A DNA stretch of 64,000 bases from a virus (IMGVR_UViG_2595698548_000001:130140-194139); one strand, 5' to 3'. Shown: positions 1-9,491, counted from the stretch's first letter. Notes: a model not told the origin generated them from the letters alone. A program made the numbers and translations.

Positions 1-1
1 A

Positions 2-334
2 GTTCTCGGCCATTCGTATCGCGGTGCATTCCTGTTTGCCGGCAACTGCGAAGCGATGTTCAGTCGTCTGGTGATGCAAGGTCAAGGTGCAATGGATTTC
101 ATGCGCTACAACCTTGCACAAGAAGTAACTGGTGACCCGATGCTCGCGGTAATTCGCGCCGAGCAACTGTGCCACAAGTACGGCCTGCGTAATCACCGCA
201 TGCCAACCGGTGACGGTACCGACATCGTGTTCAGCCTTGAGCCGATCGCCAACCCGGTGTTCGATAACGTCAAATACATTCCATCCGTCGCTGGCTACTA
301 TACCATCGTCGGCAAAGGTGCAGCGAGGGATTAA
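2..334 (+). CDS. hypothetical protein, probably truncated at the window start
   Basis: Frame is open from position 2 (VLGHSYRGAFLFAGNCEA-MFSR...) to TAA 334; codon usage matches neighbours; abuts the next gene. Confidence 0.7.
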   Translation, partial: VLGHSYRGAFLFAGNCEAMFSRLVMQGQGAMDFMRYNLAQEVTGDPMLAVIRAEQLCHKYGLRNHRMPTGDGTDIVFSLEPIANPVFDNVKYIPSVAGYYTIVGKGAARD

Positions 335-336
335 CC

Positions 337-1398
337 GTGGCCAAGAAAGACAAACTCAAGAAGAAAAAAGGTGATGTCAAGATCGATGTCACCGTCGAGA
401 AGAAAAAGAAAAAGAAGGCGAAAGCCGAGGTAATGCCGATCGCGAAGGACAGCTACATCATCGTTCGTGTCGGTAGCAAGCACAAGCTGGCACTCGCCAT
501 CAACCCGGAACGCGGTCGCGCTGTCATCGACGAAACTCTGGCGGACGACGAGCCACAGCACATCGAGTTCGACGAGAACAACCTGGTGTGCAACCTGGGC
601 ACCAAGCCCAAGGGTGGCGCTGCCTTCGGCGTGCGTATCGAACCCTACGTCTCCAGCGTCGAATCCAAGTACGGCCAGATGCACTTCTTCCGCGAGCTGG
701 GTGACCTGGAGAAGAAAGCACTCAAGCGCGCACTGCGTCGCACCTACGACGGCATGCTGGAACAGAACCTGAACGTCTTCCCGTTCACCCAGATGAAGAT
801 TACGCCGAAGCGCGGCAAGTACGCGGGTATGTATCTGTTCCGTCGCAAGTCTGGCGAGGTCTGGGATGCCGTTGTACTGCACCCGGAGACGTTCGAGGAC
901 ACCAAGTTCAACGAGTACCTGCTGTACCACGAATACGGTCACGCTGTCTGGTACAAGATGATCACTGCCAGCTACAAGGCCAAGTGGATCAAGCTCTACC
1001 ACAAGCGCCTGGAGCTGATGAACATCCTGAAAGATCGTCTTGAGCCGATGCTGGACGAACTGCTCAAGTTCGCCGGCAGTCTCAAGGACTTCTACAAGGA
1101 ACTCGAAGAGGAAGACCGCCTCGTGTTCCGTGAGGTGCTGTCGCACTACAAGCGCTACCACAAGATGGATGGCTACTCGATGGACATCCTGCACATGGAA
1201 GACACTGAGAAGTTTGCTTCGATGTGGCCGAAGCGTGCAACTCTCGTTGAATCGCGCCCTGACCTGAGCGAATATGCGATGGTCAAGCCTGAGGAGTTCT
1301 GGGCAGAAGCGTTTGCGTTCCACATGACTGGGCGCAAAATGCCCAAGGACATTACCAAAGCCATGGAGAAAACGCTGACTGCTTTGCAGAGCGTGTAG
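337..1398 (+). CDS. zincin-like metallopeptidase with Lys-rich N-terminus
   Basis: HExxH (HEYGH) plus a downstream YAMVKPEEFWAEAFA third-ligand segment typical of ATLF/MPTase-like zincins; N-terminus KKDKLKKKK...KKKKKKAK. Confidence 0.65.
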   Translation: MAKKDKLKKKKGDVKIDVTVEKKKKKKAKAEVMPIAKDSYIIVRVGSKHKLALAINPERGRAVIDETLADDEPQHIEFDENNLVCNLGTKPKGGAAFGVRIEPYVSSVESKYGQMHFFRELGDLEKKALKRALRRTYDGMLEQNLNVFPFTQMKITPKRGKYAGMYLFRRKSGEVWDAVVLHPETFEDTKFNEYLLYHEYGHAVWYKMITASYKAKWIKLYHKRLELMNILKDRLEPMLDELLKFAGSLKDFYKELEEEDRLVFREVLSHYKRYHKMDGYSMDILHMEDTEKFASMWPKRATLVESRPDLSEYAMVKPEEFWAEAFAFHMTGRKMPKDITKAMEKTLTALQSV

Positions 1399-1408
1399 AG
1401 ACTCCCAC

Positions 1409-1972
1409 ATGAACGACCTTGCGACGTTAAAGTCCCTAACCTCGATCAAGCCCATTGCTACATTGGGCAACACACCAGGCACCACCATGTTCAATCGTTT
1501 CTTCTTTGAGCGACTGAGCGCATTCGGCTCTGTGAAAAATGGCATCGTCCTGACGATTAACGACGAAGCCTTTGAAGATGTAGAAGACTGGGGTGAGTTC
1601 ATCCAGACCCCGATGGGTAACGTGACGGTTCGCCGTGCTGTTACCGAAGATGACCTGCAGAGTCTGAGTTTGCCGGGTATGGCCCATCTTCGTCATGCAG
1701 GCGTGCGCAATTTTGCTCGCCTGTTATCTGACGATGCCGTGATCTTTCGGTTTGAGACTGCGCGTTGGCAAGGCGTTGAGTATCCGATCGAGGAATTGAA
1801 TCGGTACTTTGAAACCCTGCGTCGCGCTTATCACCTGAGTGACGAGGCTGGCATCATCGACGTGCCGATTCAGCTCGGTAGTGTAAACCACCGATATACG
1901 ACCAGAGCGCAGATTGAATCTGTCCTCTACCCAATGGCGTACTACTTTTTTCGAGAAGATACGGAGCTCTAA
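1409..1972 (+). CDS. hypothetical protein
   Basis: 187-aa ORF tightly packed in the operon; no motif recognised. Confidence 0.7.
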   Translation: MNDLATLKSLTSIKPIATLGNTPGTTMFNRFFFERLSAFGSVKNGIVLTINDEAFEDVEDWGEFIQTPMGNVTVRRAVTEDDLQSLSLPGMAHLRHAGVRNFARLLSDDAVIFRFETARWQGVEYPIEELNRYFETLRRAYHLSDEAGIIDVPIQLGSVNHRYTTRAQIESVLYPMAYYFFREDTEL

Positions 1973-1973
1973 C

Positions 1974-2207
1974 ATGAACTTTGGTGAAGCGCTACACGTA
2001 CTGGAACAAGGCGGCAAAGTCCAGCGCACCGGCTGGAATGGCAACGGCATGTGGCTCGAACTCCAAGTGCCTGACGAACACAGCAAGATGACGCTACCGT
2101 ACATCTTCCTGTCGTATCCTGCAGATGCCAAGAACACGCCCGGTGCGCGCGTACCCTGGGCTCCGTCGCAGACCGACGTTCTGGCGAAAGACTGGCAAGT
2201 GGTTTAA
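1974..2207 (+). CDS. tad2: DUF2829 / Tad2-like nucleotide-signal sponge (Thoeris anti-defence 2 family)
   Basis: MNFGEALHVLEQGGKVQRTGWNGNGMWL...WAPSQTDVLAKDWQVV matches the DUF2829 signature (FGEAL..R.GWNG...W..SQ.D.LA.DW); GGAG at 1963-1966 supports ATG 1974 over 1914. Confidence 0.85.
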   Translation: MNFGEALHVLEQGGKVQRTGWNGNGMWLELQVPDEHSKMTLPYIFLSYPADAKNTPGARVPWAPSQTDVLAKDWQVV

Positions 2208-2219
2208 CAGGAGCCCATC

Positions 2220-3359
2220 ATGGCAAAGAAAAAAGAGAAGGCACCGCTCCCGCAACCTTCTGCAACCGAATCCCTGGCGGTCAAGTATCGCCCACGCACG
2301 TTGAAGGACGTGAAAGGCCAAGACAATGCTGTCGCCGCTGTCAAAGGTATGATCAAGCAGCGCAAGTACCCGGGTGCCATCCTGATCACCGGGCCGAGCG
2401 GCACCGGCAAGACCACGCTTGCCCGCATCCTTGCCACGTACATGAATGCCGACGACCCGAAGAAAGTGAAGGAGTCGATGGCGTATCGTCTGGGCGAAAA
2501 GCACCCAGACATCCTGACGCTGAACGCTGGCACCAACGGCAAAGTCGAAGACATCCGTACGCTGGTCAAGGGCTCGCGCTCTGCTCCGATGTCCAACTAC
2601 CGCGTCATCATCATCGACGAAGCACACAAGCTCACCGGCGCCTCTGCCGAAGCTCTGCTTGTTCCAATGGAAGAGCCGCCGAGTCGTACCATCTGGATTC
2701 TCTGCACGACCGACCCGGAGAAGCTGCTCGACACGATGCAGAACCGCTGTGTCAAGTTGCACCTGAGTCCTGTGGAGCCCAACCACATCGTTGATCGTCT
2801 GGCAGAAGTTGCTGCCGCAGAAGGCGTCAAGATGGGCAAAGAGAAGGAAGCGAAGAAGGCGCTGAATGCCATCGCGCAACTTTCCGACGGCAGTATGCGC
2901 AACGCCATCTCCATTCTCGAAAACCTCATGTTCGCCGTTGCTGGTGGCTTGGATTTCTCGGCCGAGGGTGCCCTCAAGTCCTATGTCGAGTCCGGTGCTG
3001 CCGACCTAGACAAGGCAGCAGCCTCCATGGTGGCTGCGTCGCTCAATCTCGACCTGCCGGGCGCTGTCAGTATGATTCGTCGTGCTGAGAACCCGCGCGG
3101 TATCGTGTACAAGTCGCGTATGCTGGTCGATTTCCTGATCGGCGAAAAGACGAAGACTGCCAAGTTCCAACCGTACACTGGTCGCGTGTTCAAGCAGGTT
3201 GCCGAGAAGATGGGCATTAAGTACAGTCTGCGTGCCCTGCTGCTTCTCCAGACGACCATCACGAACGTGGAGTTGCAAATGAACAGTTGCAGCATCGCCG
3301 AAGCCGTGCTGCTCCAAACCGCCATCGGCAATTTTATCATCGAGAACAAGAGCGAGTAA
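2220..3359 (+). CDS. dnaX: clamp loader AAA+ subunit, DNA polymerase III gamma/tau-like
   Basis: LAVKYRPRTL, Walker A GPSGTGKTT, Walker B IIIDEAH, TMQNRC (SRC-like). Confidence 0.9.
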   Translation: MAKKKEKAPLPQPSATESLAVKYRPRTLKDVKGQDNAVAAVKGMIKQRKYPGAILITGPSGTGKTTLARILATYMNADDPKKVKESMAYRLGEKHPDILTLNAGTNGKVEDIRTLVKGSRSAPMSNYRVIIIDEAHKLTGASAEALLVPMEEPPSRTIWILCTTDPEKLLDTMQNRCVKLHLSPVEPNHIVDRLAEVAAAEGVKMGKEKEAKKALNAIAQLSDGSMRNAISILENLMFAVAGGLDFSAEGALKSYVESGAADLDKAAASMVAASLNLDLPGAVSMIRRAENPRGIVYKSRMLVDFLIGEKTKTAKFQPYTGRVFKQVAEKMGIKYSLRALLLLQTTITNVELQMNSCSIAEAVLLQTAIGNFIIENKSE

Positions 3360-3365
3360 TCGAAC

Positions 3366-5810
3366 ATGCTTGAAGGACTTGACGTTGAGCTAAACAACGT
3401 CGTCTATTTCAAGAACGCGAAACTGGACATTACCCGGCATCCGTTCACTGTCATCAGTGGGCACAACAAGGACAGCCGCATTTCCACAGAGACCAGTAAC
3501 GGTGCAGGTAAGTCGCTGCTCTGGTCTGCTGTGCCAAACCTTCGTTATGAAGCAACGCCGCTTGCAACTCAGAAAAAGCGCAAGGACATCTTGGGCGCCT
3601 CCGACTCGTCAATCGCGTTTCGGTTCAAAGGCAACGACGGTAAAGTCTACCGTATCACCCAGACGCCCTCCAAGTTCGTTATTGAAAGAGACGGCAAAGA
3701 CATCGAATGTCGAACCGTACCTCTACAGAAAAAGAAGATCGAGGAAATCTTCCCGATCACCGAAGATGAGTTCTACTCGTATGTGTACCTGCAATCGCAA
3801 CGGCCGCTGCTGTTCCAGATAGCCAAGCCTACCGAGCGCCTGCAGTACATCACGTCCGTGTTCCGTTTGGACGTGTACGACCAGCTCAAGAAATACTTCA
3901 CCAAGAAGCTTGGTGAAATCAAAAACAAGCAGGTCGAATTTGACGTGCTCAACACCCAGCTGGTGAAAGTCGATGGTCTCCTGTCGCGCCTTGACTGGAG
4001 CAAGGAGAAAGCCAAGGAACTGGAGAAGGCACAAGCCATCATCCGTACTCTTGGCGACGACTCCAAGAAACTCCAGTCGTCCATCGAGCGGTACAAGGCG
4101 GCCATCGCGGCCAGCGAGCAGTATGCGAAGCTCAAGAAGCAACGCAAGAAGCTCAATCCTCCGATCAGCAGGAAAGAAGCCCTCGAACAGCAGGAGCTCC
4201 ACGAAGCTCAGGCAGACTACCAATCTGACCTTAAGTCGTACCAAGCGCAGCGCAAGCAGCTCAAGCAACAACTGGATGAACTCGGCGACATCGAGTCTCT
4301 CCAGAAGCTGGAGAAGCGCCTCAAGAAACTCATCGACCATCAGGCAGGTGAAGAGGCTAGCTTGACCATGCTGCACGAGGCTCGCCAGGCCTACAAGCAG
4401 ATCACTGCCGAACTCGACGAAGCCATTAGCGAGGCGAAATCCCTAGGCATCAAGCGTAAGGACATCGACATCATCGTCGCCATCGGCCCTAAGGGGATGG
4501 AAGACGAAATCGCCAAGCACAGCGCCGTGTTGCAGCTTGAGTCGATTGTGTCTGACTGTGCTGATGGCGAATGCCCAACGTGCCAACAATCCGTAAATGT
4601 CAAGGCGTTCAAGAAGCAGATCGCTGCGGCAAAAGAAGCGGTGAAGAAACACAAGAAGGGGCTCGCCAAGTACGCTGCAAGCAAGGCAGTGTTTGACTTG
4701 CAGAAGAAAGCAAAGAAGCATGAGTTCAACGAAGCCAGCGAGCAGGAGTTTCTGGATCGCCGCTTGAAGTATCGGGAAACCGAAGAAAAGCTGGAGCAAC
4801 TCCAAGAGCGTGTACGGGCCGCCAAGCAGGCTGACCGTATTCAGGCTAAGCTGAACGATCTGGAAAAGCCCAAAGCTCCGAAGAAAGAGCCAAGCTACTC
4901 GACCAAGCAGCTCAAGGAAATCCTTGAACAGCACTCCGAGCTGAAACGCATTGATAGCGTTCTGGCATCACTGGAAGAGCAGCACGGAACTATCGATGCA
5001 AAGGCGCTGTCTAATAAACTGGCCGATGCAGAAAAGCGCTACGCCAAGATTGAGTGTAAGTACACCAGCGCTCAGGATGTGTGCAGCAATCTAGGTTCCA
5101 AGGCAAGTGAGTTCAAGGTCCTGCGCCGCGAGCGTAAGGATGTACTCGCACAGCTCGAAGCGATCAAGCCTATCATCGACCAGCGCGACCTGTACAAGTC
5201 CCTGGAGAAGGCATACTCCGCCAAAGGCCTCAAAGTGTTTGCGGCGAATCAGATTCTGGGTCAGATCGAACAGAACATGAATCGCTACGCCAATCTGATC
5301 TTCGCAGAACCCTTCAAGTTCAACCTGTTCGCCAAGGAAGACGGTGTGCATTGTATCGTCGACCGCGGTAATGGGAAGAAGTCGGATGTCCGTATGCTCT
5401 CCGGAGCTGAATCGGATGCGTTCCGCCTTCTCTGGATGTGGGTAATGCTGATCATGGTTGAAGACGACCGTCGTACCAACTTCGCCGTTCTGGATGAGCC
5501 TGATTCGCACATGGACGAGACCACTCGTTCCTTGTTCATCGAGCGCTTCCTGCCGGCGCTGCGTTCGCTCGTTCCGCATGTGTTCTTGATCACTCCGTTG
5601 AGCAAGCACATGTACAGCGAGTGTGCGTACCTGACTGTCGTTAAACACAAAGGCGTTTCCCAACTGGTGGAGAATTTCGATGAGAGTAGCGGGCTTCGGA
5701 TGCCACGCGCCGGACGAAGTTCTGGTGCGGCTGAACCGAGAAAACGGAGTAAGAAGAAGTCAGGTGCTCATGGTAGCGCCAGACGAAAAGCTGCCAAAGC
5801 GGCGGCCTAA
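3366..5810 (+). CDS. sbcC: SbcC/Rad50 (gp46-like) SMC-family ATPase
   Basis: Walker A SNGAGKS, long coiled coil with central zinc hook CPTC, signature LSGAE, Walker B VLDEPD. Confidence 0.92.
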   Translation: MLEGLDVELNNVVYFKNAKLDITRHPFTVISGHNKDSRISTETSNGAGKSLLWSAVPNLRYEATPLATQKKRKDILGASDSSIAFRFKGNDGKVYRITQTPSKFVIERDGKDIECRTVPLQKKKIEEIFPITEDEFYSYVYLQSQRPLLFQIAKPTERLQYITSVFRLDVYDQLKKYFTKKLGEIKNKQVEFDVLNTQLVKVDGLLSRLDWSKEKAKELEKAQAIIRTLGDDSKKLQSSIERYKAAIAASEQYAKLKKQRKKLNPPISRKEALEQQELHEAQADYQSDLKSYQAQRKQLKQQLDELGDIESLQKLEKRLKKLIDHQAGEEASLTMLHEARQAYKQITAELDEAISEAKSLGIKRKDIDIIVAIGPKGMEDEIAKHSAVLQLESIVSDCADGECPTCQQSVNVKAFKKQIAAAKEAVKKHKKGLAKYAASKAVFDLQKKAKKHEFNEASEQEFLDRRLKYRETEEKLEQLQERVRAAKQADRIQAKLNDLEKPKAPKKEPSYSTKQLKEILEQHSELKRIDSVLASLEEQHGTIDAKALSNKLADAEKRYAKIECKYTSAQDVCSNLGSKASEFKVLRRERKDVLAQLEAIKPIIDQRDLYKSLEKAYSAKGLKVFAANQILGQIEQNMNRYANLIFAEPFKFNLFAKEDGVHCIVDRGNGKKSDVRMLSGAESDAFRLLWMWVMLIMVEDDRRTNFAVLDEPDSHMDETTRSLFIERFLPALRSLVPHVFLITPLSKHMYSECAYLTVVKHKGVSQLVENFDESSGLRMPRAGRSSGAAEPRKRSKKKSGAHGSARRKAAKAAA

Positions 5811-6408
5811 GGGAATCGATTACGTCATCATGTTCAGTGTCAAGGACATGCGGCGTAATCTGGATGCGCACCAGAGCTTTGAACCCGTGGTGTTCCTAGT
5901 GTTCGATACGCCAATCGCCCTCAGTGGTTACACGATCCAACACATGGACTTCAAGATCGGAAGCGACGTGCATATCGACGGGTTCGAGTGCATTCCACTG
6001 AATCTCAATTTAAGCATTGACTCCAAGCCGTTTGAGCGCAGCGGTCTCGACATCGTGCAACTGTCCATCGAAGAGGTTAAGGCCCAGCGGACACTGCTCA
6101 ACCAGTTGATGACCTTCATCTACTCCCTGCCAAGGGCGACACACCAACGACCAATCAACTCGGCGGTGTGTTCCTGGATGGGTAGCAAGACCACGCTCGT
6201 GAAGCTCAACAACGACTTGGCCAAGATGCGGGATAGTCCGCTGACCGCCAAGCAGCTCGCCAGACTGAACGACATCCTTTCATCCGAGACCGCAGTCCTC
6301 TATCGAGAGGCGATGCGTGAAGGTGGGGATTCCGAAGTCTTGGCTCGCCGCTATGGCATCAGCGCGTATGAAATCAACTATATGCGCGCGATTGCCGCAA
6401 GGAGCTAG
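5680..6408 (+). CDS. hypothetical protein (overlaps the sbcC 3' end by 131 nt)
   Basis: 242-aa ORF filling the gap to the DHH gene; possible HTH-like C-terminus (LARRYGISAYEINYM). Confidence 0.65.
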   Translation: MRVAGFGCHAPDEVLVRLNRENGVRRSQVLMVAPDEKLPKRRPKGIDYVIMFSVKDMRRNLDAHQSFEPVVFLVFDTPIALSGYTIQHMDFKIGSDVHIDGFECIPLNLNLSIDSKPFERSGLDIVQLSIEEVKAQRTLLNQLMTFIYSLPRATHQRPINSAVCSWMGSKTTLVKLNNDLAKMRDSPLTAKQLARLNDILSSETAVLYREAMREGGDSEVLARRYGISAYEINYMRAIAARS

Positions 6409-6412
6409 ACCC

Positions 6413-7264
6413 ATGGCAAAGGTAGTGCTGTACCACGCAGAGTGCAATGACGGGATCATGGCAGCAGCCATCGTCTCGTACTTCGAGAAAGACCCGACCA
6501 TCATTTACCACCCTGTACACTACAACCGACCTTTGCCGGATATTCCAAAGGACTCCGATGTCATCGTTGCGGATTTCTGCCACGGTGATGTCGGGGCAAT
6601 GTTTGCCCTGTTGGAGAACTCCAAGTCTCTGCTGGTAATTGATCATCATGCTGATGCAATCCCAGTGCTGGATGAGTTGCTGAAAGTCGATTCTCCGAAG
6701 CTCCAGGTCGTCTTCGACTCTGAGAACTCGGGCGCTGGTTGCACCTGGCGGCACTACACTGAGAAACAGGCACCCCTCGTTGTGCAGCGCGTTCGCGGTC
6801 ATGACCTGTACAAGAACAAGGTGATCGATGACGATTACTTCTTCTACGGTGTGATGACGAATCCGCAAACCATTTCCTACTGGGCGTCGTTGATCGATAA
6901 CGACGCTGAGGTCACCAACCTTGTTGCGGCTGGTCGTCACATCTACAACTTCGTGATGAACTCCGTGCTTCCGCAGATGCGGACCAAGGTGCGCTACACC
7001 AGCCATGCAGGTTACATCATTCCGATCGTGAACTGCAACCGTATCATCCAGCCGCTGATCCTTGATCGCCTGATCGAGATTGACTCTGTGGCTTTCGCGT
7101 ATGAAGACATCGGCGGCGGAAAGCGTAAATGGAGCGTACGGTCCAGCACTTTCTGCAATGGTGCCGCCAAACGCATTGCCAACTCCTTTAACGGAGGCGG
7201 CCATCAGAACGCTGCCGGTTTCGTTACCGATGACACGTTCATGTTCCCGATCTTGGATACCTAA
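6413..7264 (+). CDS. DHH/DHHA1-family phosphoesterase
   Basis: Motifs YHAECNDG, ADF, IDHH and C-terminal GGGH; GGAG at 6401-6404 supports ATG 6413. Confidence 0.88.
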   Translation: MAKVVLYHAECNDGIMAAAIVSYFEKDPTIIYHPVHYNRPLPDIPKDSDVIVADFCHGDVGAMFALLENSKSLLVIDHHADAIPVLDELLKVDSPKLQVVFDSENSGAGCTWRHYTEKQAPLVVQRVRGHDLYKNKVIDDDYFFYGVMTNPQTISYWASLIDNDAEVTNLVAAGRHIYNFVMNSVLPQMRTKVRYTSHAGYIIPIVNCNRIIQPLILDRLIEIDSVAFAYEDIGGGKRKWSVRSSTFCNGAAKRIANSFNGGGHQNAAGFVTDDTFMFPILDT

Positions 7265-7298
7265 GCATGTTGGAAGCCCTTTCGACCAGTGACTGGCA

Positions 7299-8123
7299 TT
7301 AGCCGATTACCGCTCGCCGAACCTGTGCTTTCGTCATGTTGTACCAACCACTTGGCAGGCTTCGCCTGTTCCCGCCTTTGTCCATGAGAAGAAGGGTGAA
7401 GTTATACCCAGCGGCGATTGCAGCCTTTGCCTTCGCCGCGTTCTTCTTGAACGGACCGCCGTCTTGCTTCCCGCTCAATCCTAGAGTCCAGACGCTCTTG
7501 ACCTCGATCACGTTGTTCTTGGTAACGTGGTAGAAGTCAGGAATGAACGTCCGGACCTTGCCCTCGAAACGATACTTGATCGTAGGCTTCCCGTCACGCA
7601 CTTCGGAGACGATGTTCTCTGGCTTGGCACCACGGGCGATCATGTATTGCAGTGCCGCAGGTTCAAAGCCTTGGAGCTTGCGCGTCACGCCCGCTATGAC
7701 TACCTCTTTCCTCTCGAAGTAACCGTAACGCTGTTTATCTTTCGCACAGACGAAACAGCCATGCCCCTTGATGATGTGATTTGGGAGCATCTTTCGTTCG
7801 CTCTTACATTCAAGGCAGACGTGCATGATTTTCTTCAGGCGGCCCCTGTAGTCTTCCAAAGGCCTGAGTGTGGAGTCGCGCTCTTTAAGTTCGGCGATAT
7901 AGGCATCCGTAGTTGGCAACTGATAACAACACAACAACTTGCCACGAGACGTTTTGGAACTCATAACGACCCCAGGATGGCGGTCGCGGATATCGCCACA
8001 TTTGGTGCATTGGTGTTTGATTGAAGTCTTGATATTGACGTACTGTTCCAGTACGATGAGGTCAGGCCCGTACTTTTGCCTAACTAAGGCCAAGTACTCC
8101 TGATGGGTGATGCGCTTAGGCAT
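7299..8123 (-). CDS. free-standing homing endonuclease: two zinc-ribbon (DUF723-like) repeats plus PD-(D/E)xK nuclease
   Basis: Repeats KHQCTKCG and MHVCLEC...CFVC; C-terminal FIPDFY...IEVKS; opposite orientation to all neighbours. Confidence 0.75.
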   Translation of the reverse strand: MPKRITHQEYLALVRQKYGPDLIVLEQYVNIKTSIKHQCTKCGDIRDRHPGVVMSSKTSRGKLLCCYQLPTTDAYIAELKERDSTLRPLEDYRGRLKKIMHVCLECKSERKMLPNHIIKGHGCFVCAKDKQRYGYFERKEVVIAGVTRKLQGFEPAALQYMIARGAKPENIVSEVRDGKPTIKYRFEGKVRTFIPDFYHVTKNNVIEVKSVWTLGLSGKQDGGPFKKNAAKAKAAIAAGYNFTLLLMDKGGNRRSLPSGWYNMTKAQVRRAVIG

Positions 8124-8215
8124 GTGATACTCTCTGAAAGTAAGGTGAAGGTGCCCAGACGGTATCCGTATTCAGAGTACGGAAGGACTGGCCGGTCTTT
8201 TCCCGTCTGGACAAG

Positions 8216-8225
8216 TGTAAATTAG
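8216..8225. promoter_or_regulatory. overlapping divergent candidate promoters (TGTAAA on +, CTAATTTA on -)
   Basis: tgtaaattag lies between the leftward endonuclease gene and the rightward sbcD. Confidence 0.4.
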
Positions 8226-8255
8226 TCGCATACGGAACAGACTTTGGTGTTTACC

Positions 8256-9323
8256 ATGTTAGAAGCAATCAGTACGTCAGATTTCCACCTCGAGGGAATG
8301 TTCAAGCATTTCGCCGATGCAACCGCGCGCCAGTTGCGTGAAATCGACAAGATTTACCAGTACGGAATGAGCAAAGGCATTCGCCATGTCTTCATTCCGG
8401 GCGACATTTCCGATACGCCTCACATGAAGTTCGCCACGTACATGCAGTTGGTGATGTTCTTCAAGAAGTACGACGGCATCATCAACAGCTACTACATCGG
8501 AGGTAACCATGACCGTTCCGATGTCGAGTCCACGTCGTGTGACTTCCTCAAGATGATCGCGGATCACGGCTTCTTCAAGTCGTTCCGCATCTTCCTGCAA
8601 CCTGAACAAGACCGCATCGATGGTACGCTCGTAAACTTCTGCGCATGGCCGTGCTACGAGACCATGACCGAGAAGGAAGGTTGCCTGAACTTTGCCCACG
8701 TTGAATACAACGGCGCAATCGGTGATAACGGCCGACCGTTGAAGACCAAGCATGAGTTCCGCAGCCATGAGCGCGACTTCACCATCAGCGGTCACATCCA
8801 CCAGTACCAGTATTTGAAGAACAAGCGTGCCATCTTCAATGGTAACCCGTACCAGAAGAACTTCGGCGAGGCGTTGCCTAAGGGTTTCGTTCACTTCAAG
8901 GCCAGAACCAGTAAGAATACGGTTGACGTGAAGCACCGCTTCATCGACAACATGCCGAACTTTCGCCTGGAGACGGTCGTTGTGGAATCCCCGAAGGACT
9001 TCGCACGCCTGAAGGATGACAACAACATCCGCTACAAGCTGCTGGTGGCCCCTGATGTCCTGGTGCCCGCTGATCTGCGGCTCACCTACCCGAACATCAC
9101 AGGTGGTATCTTCAACTCGGAAACCAAGAAGGCCGCCGCGAACGATGATTCGCCAATGGTCGAGCAACTCGGCCAGGTGGCTCAGATTAGCCGCGTGAAG
9201 CCTACCACCGGATTGAACAATTGGTTGGCTGGTGAGGGTTTCTCCAAGAAAGAAATCTCCATGGCCAAAGGTATGGTCAAGGAGGCCATGAACGAACTCG
9301 GCATTTCCGTTGGAGAGTCCTAG
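8256..9323 (+). CDS. sbcD: SbcD/Mre11 (gp47-like) metallophosphoesterase nuclease
   Basis: SDFH, PGDISD, GGNHD, FAH and SGHIH calcineurin-like motifs; close to sbcC. An alternative TTG start lies at 8244. Confidence 0.9.
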   Translation: MLEAISTSDFHLEGMFKHFADATARQLREIDKIYQYGMSKGIRHVFIPGDISDTPHMKFATYMQLVMFFKKYDGIINSYYIGGNHDRSDVESTSCDFLKMIADHGFFKSFRIFLQPEQDRIDGTLVNFCAWPCYETMTEKEGCLNFAHVEYNGAIGDNGRPLKTKHEFRSHERDFTISGHIHQYQYLKNKRAIFNGNPYQKNFGEALPKGFVHFKARTSKNTVDVKHRFIDNMPNFRLETVVVESPKDFARLKDDNNIRYKLLVAPDVLVPADLRLTYPNITGGIFNSETKKAAANDDSPMVEQLGQVAQISRVKPTTGLNNWLAGEGFSKKEISMAKGMVKEAMNELGISVGES

Positions 9324-9393
9324 GAAATCCTAGGCATTCCTCCTAAGTTTGCCAATGTCATTCTGATGTCAGAGAAATACATAGCTAGAGAAT

Positions 9394-9401
9394 GCTAATT
9401 T
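9394..9401 (+). promoter_or_regulatory. candidate late-promoter motif GCTAATTT
   Basis: Intergenic, upstream of the H1-like gene; the same octamer precedes other late blocks. Confidence 0.5.
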
Positions 9402-9491
9402 TTCTGCATCGAGTGACAAAGCACCTTGGCGCTAAGGTTGTACGTCGTCCTCGATGTTCACAACCAAGCTCATTCCTAAGGAGACAAGGTC

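Noticed and set aside
8155-8210. Three-way junction as a hammerhead ribozyme
   Set aside because: The minus strand has GAAA next to a stem but no CUGANGA core in the required position.
9324-9491. tRNA or other known ncRNA in the longer intergenic gaps (also 34955-35116)
   Set aside because: No cloverleaf or TTC-loop consensus; only leader-type hairpins, reported above.
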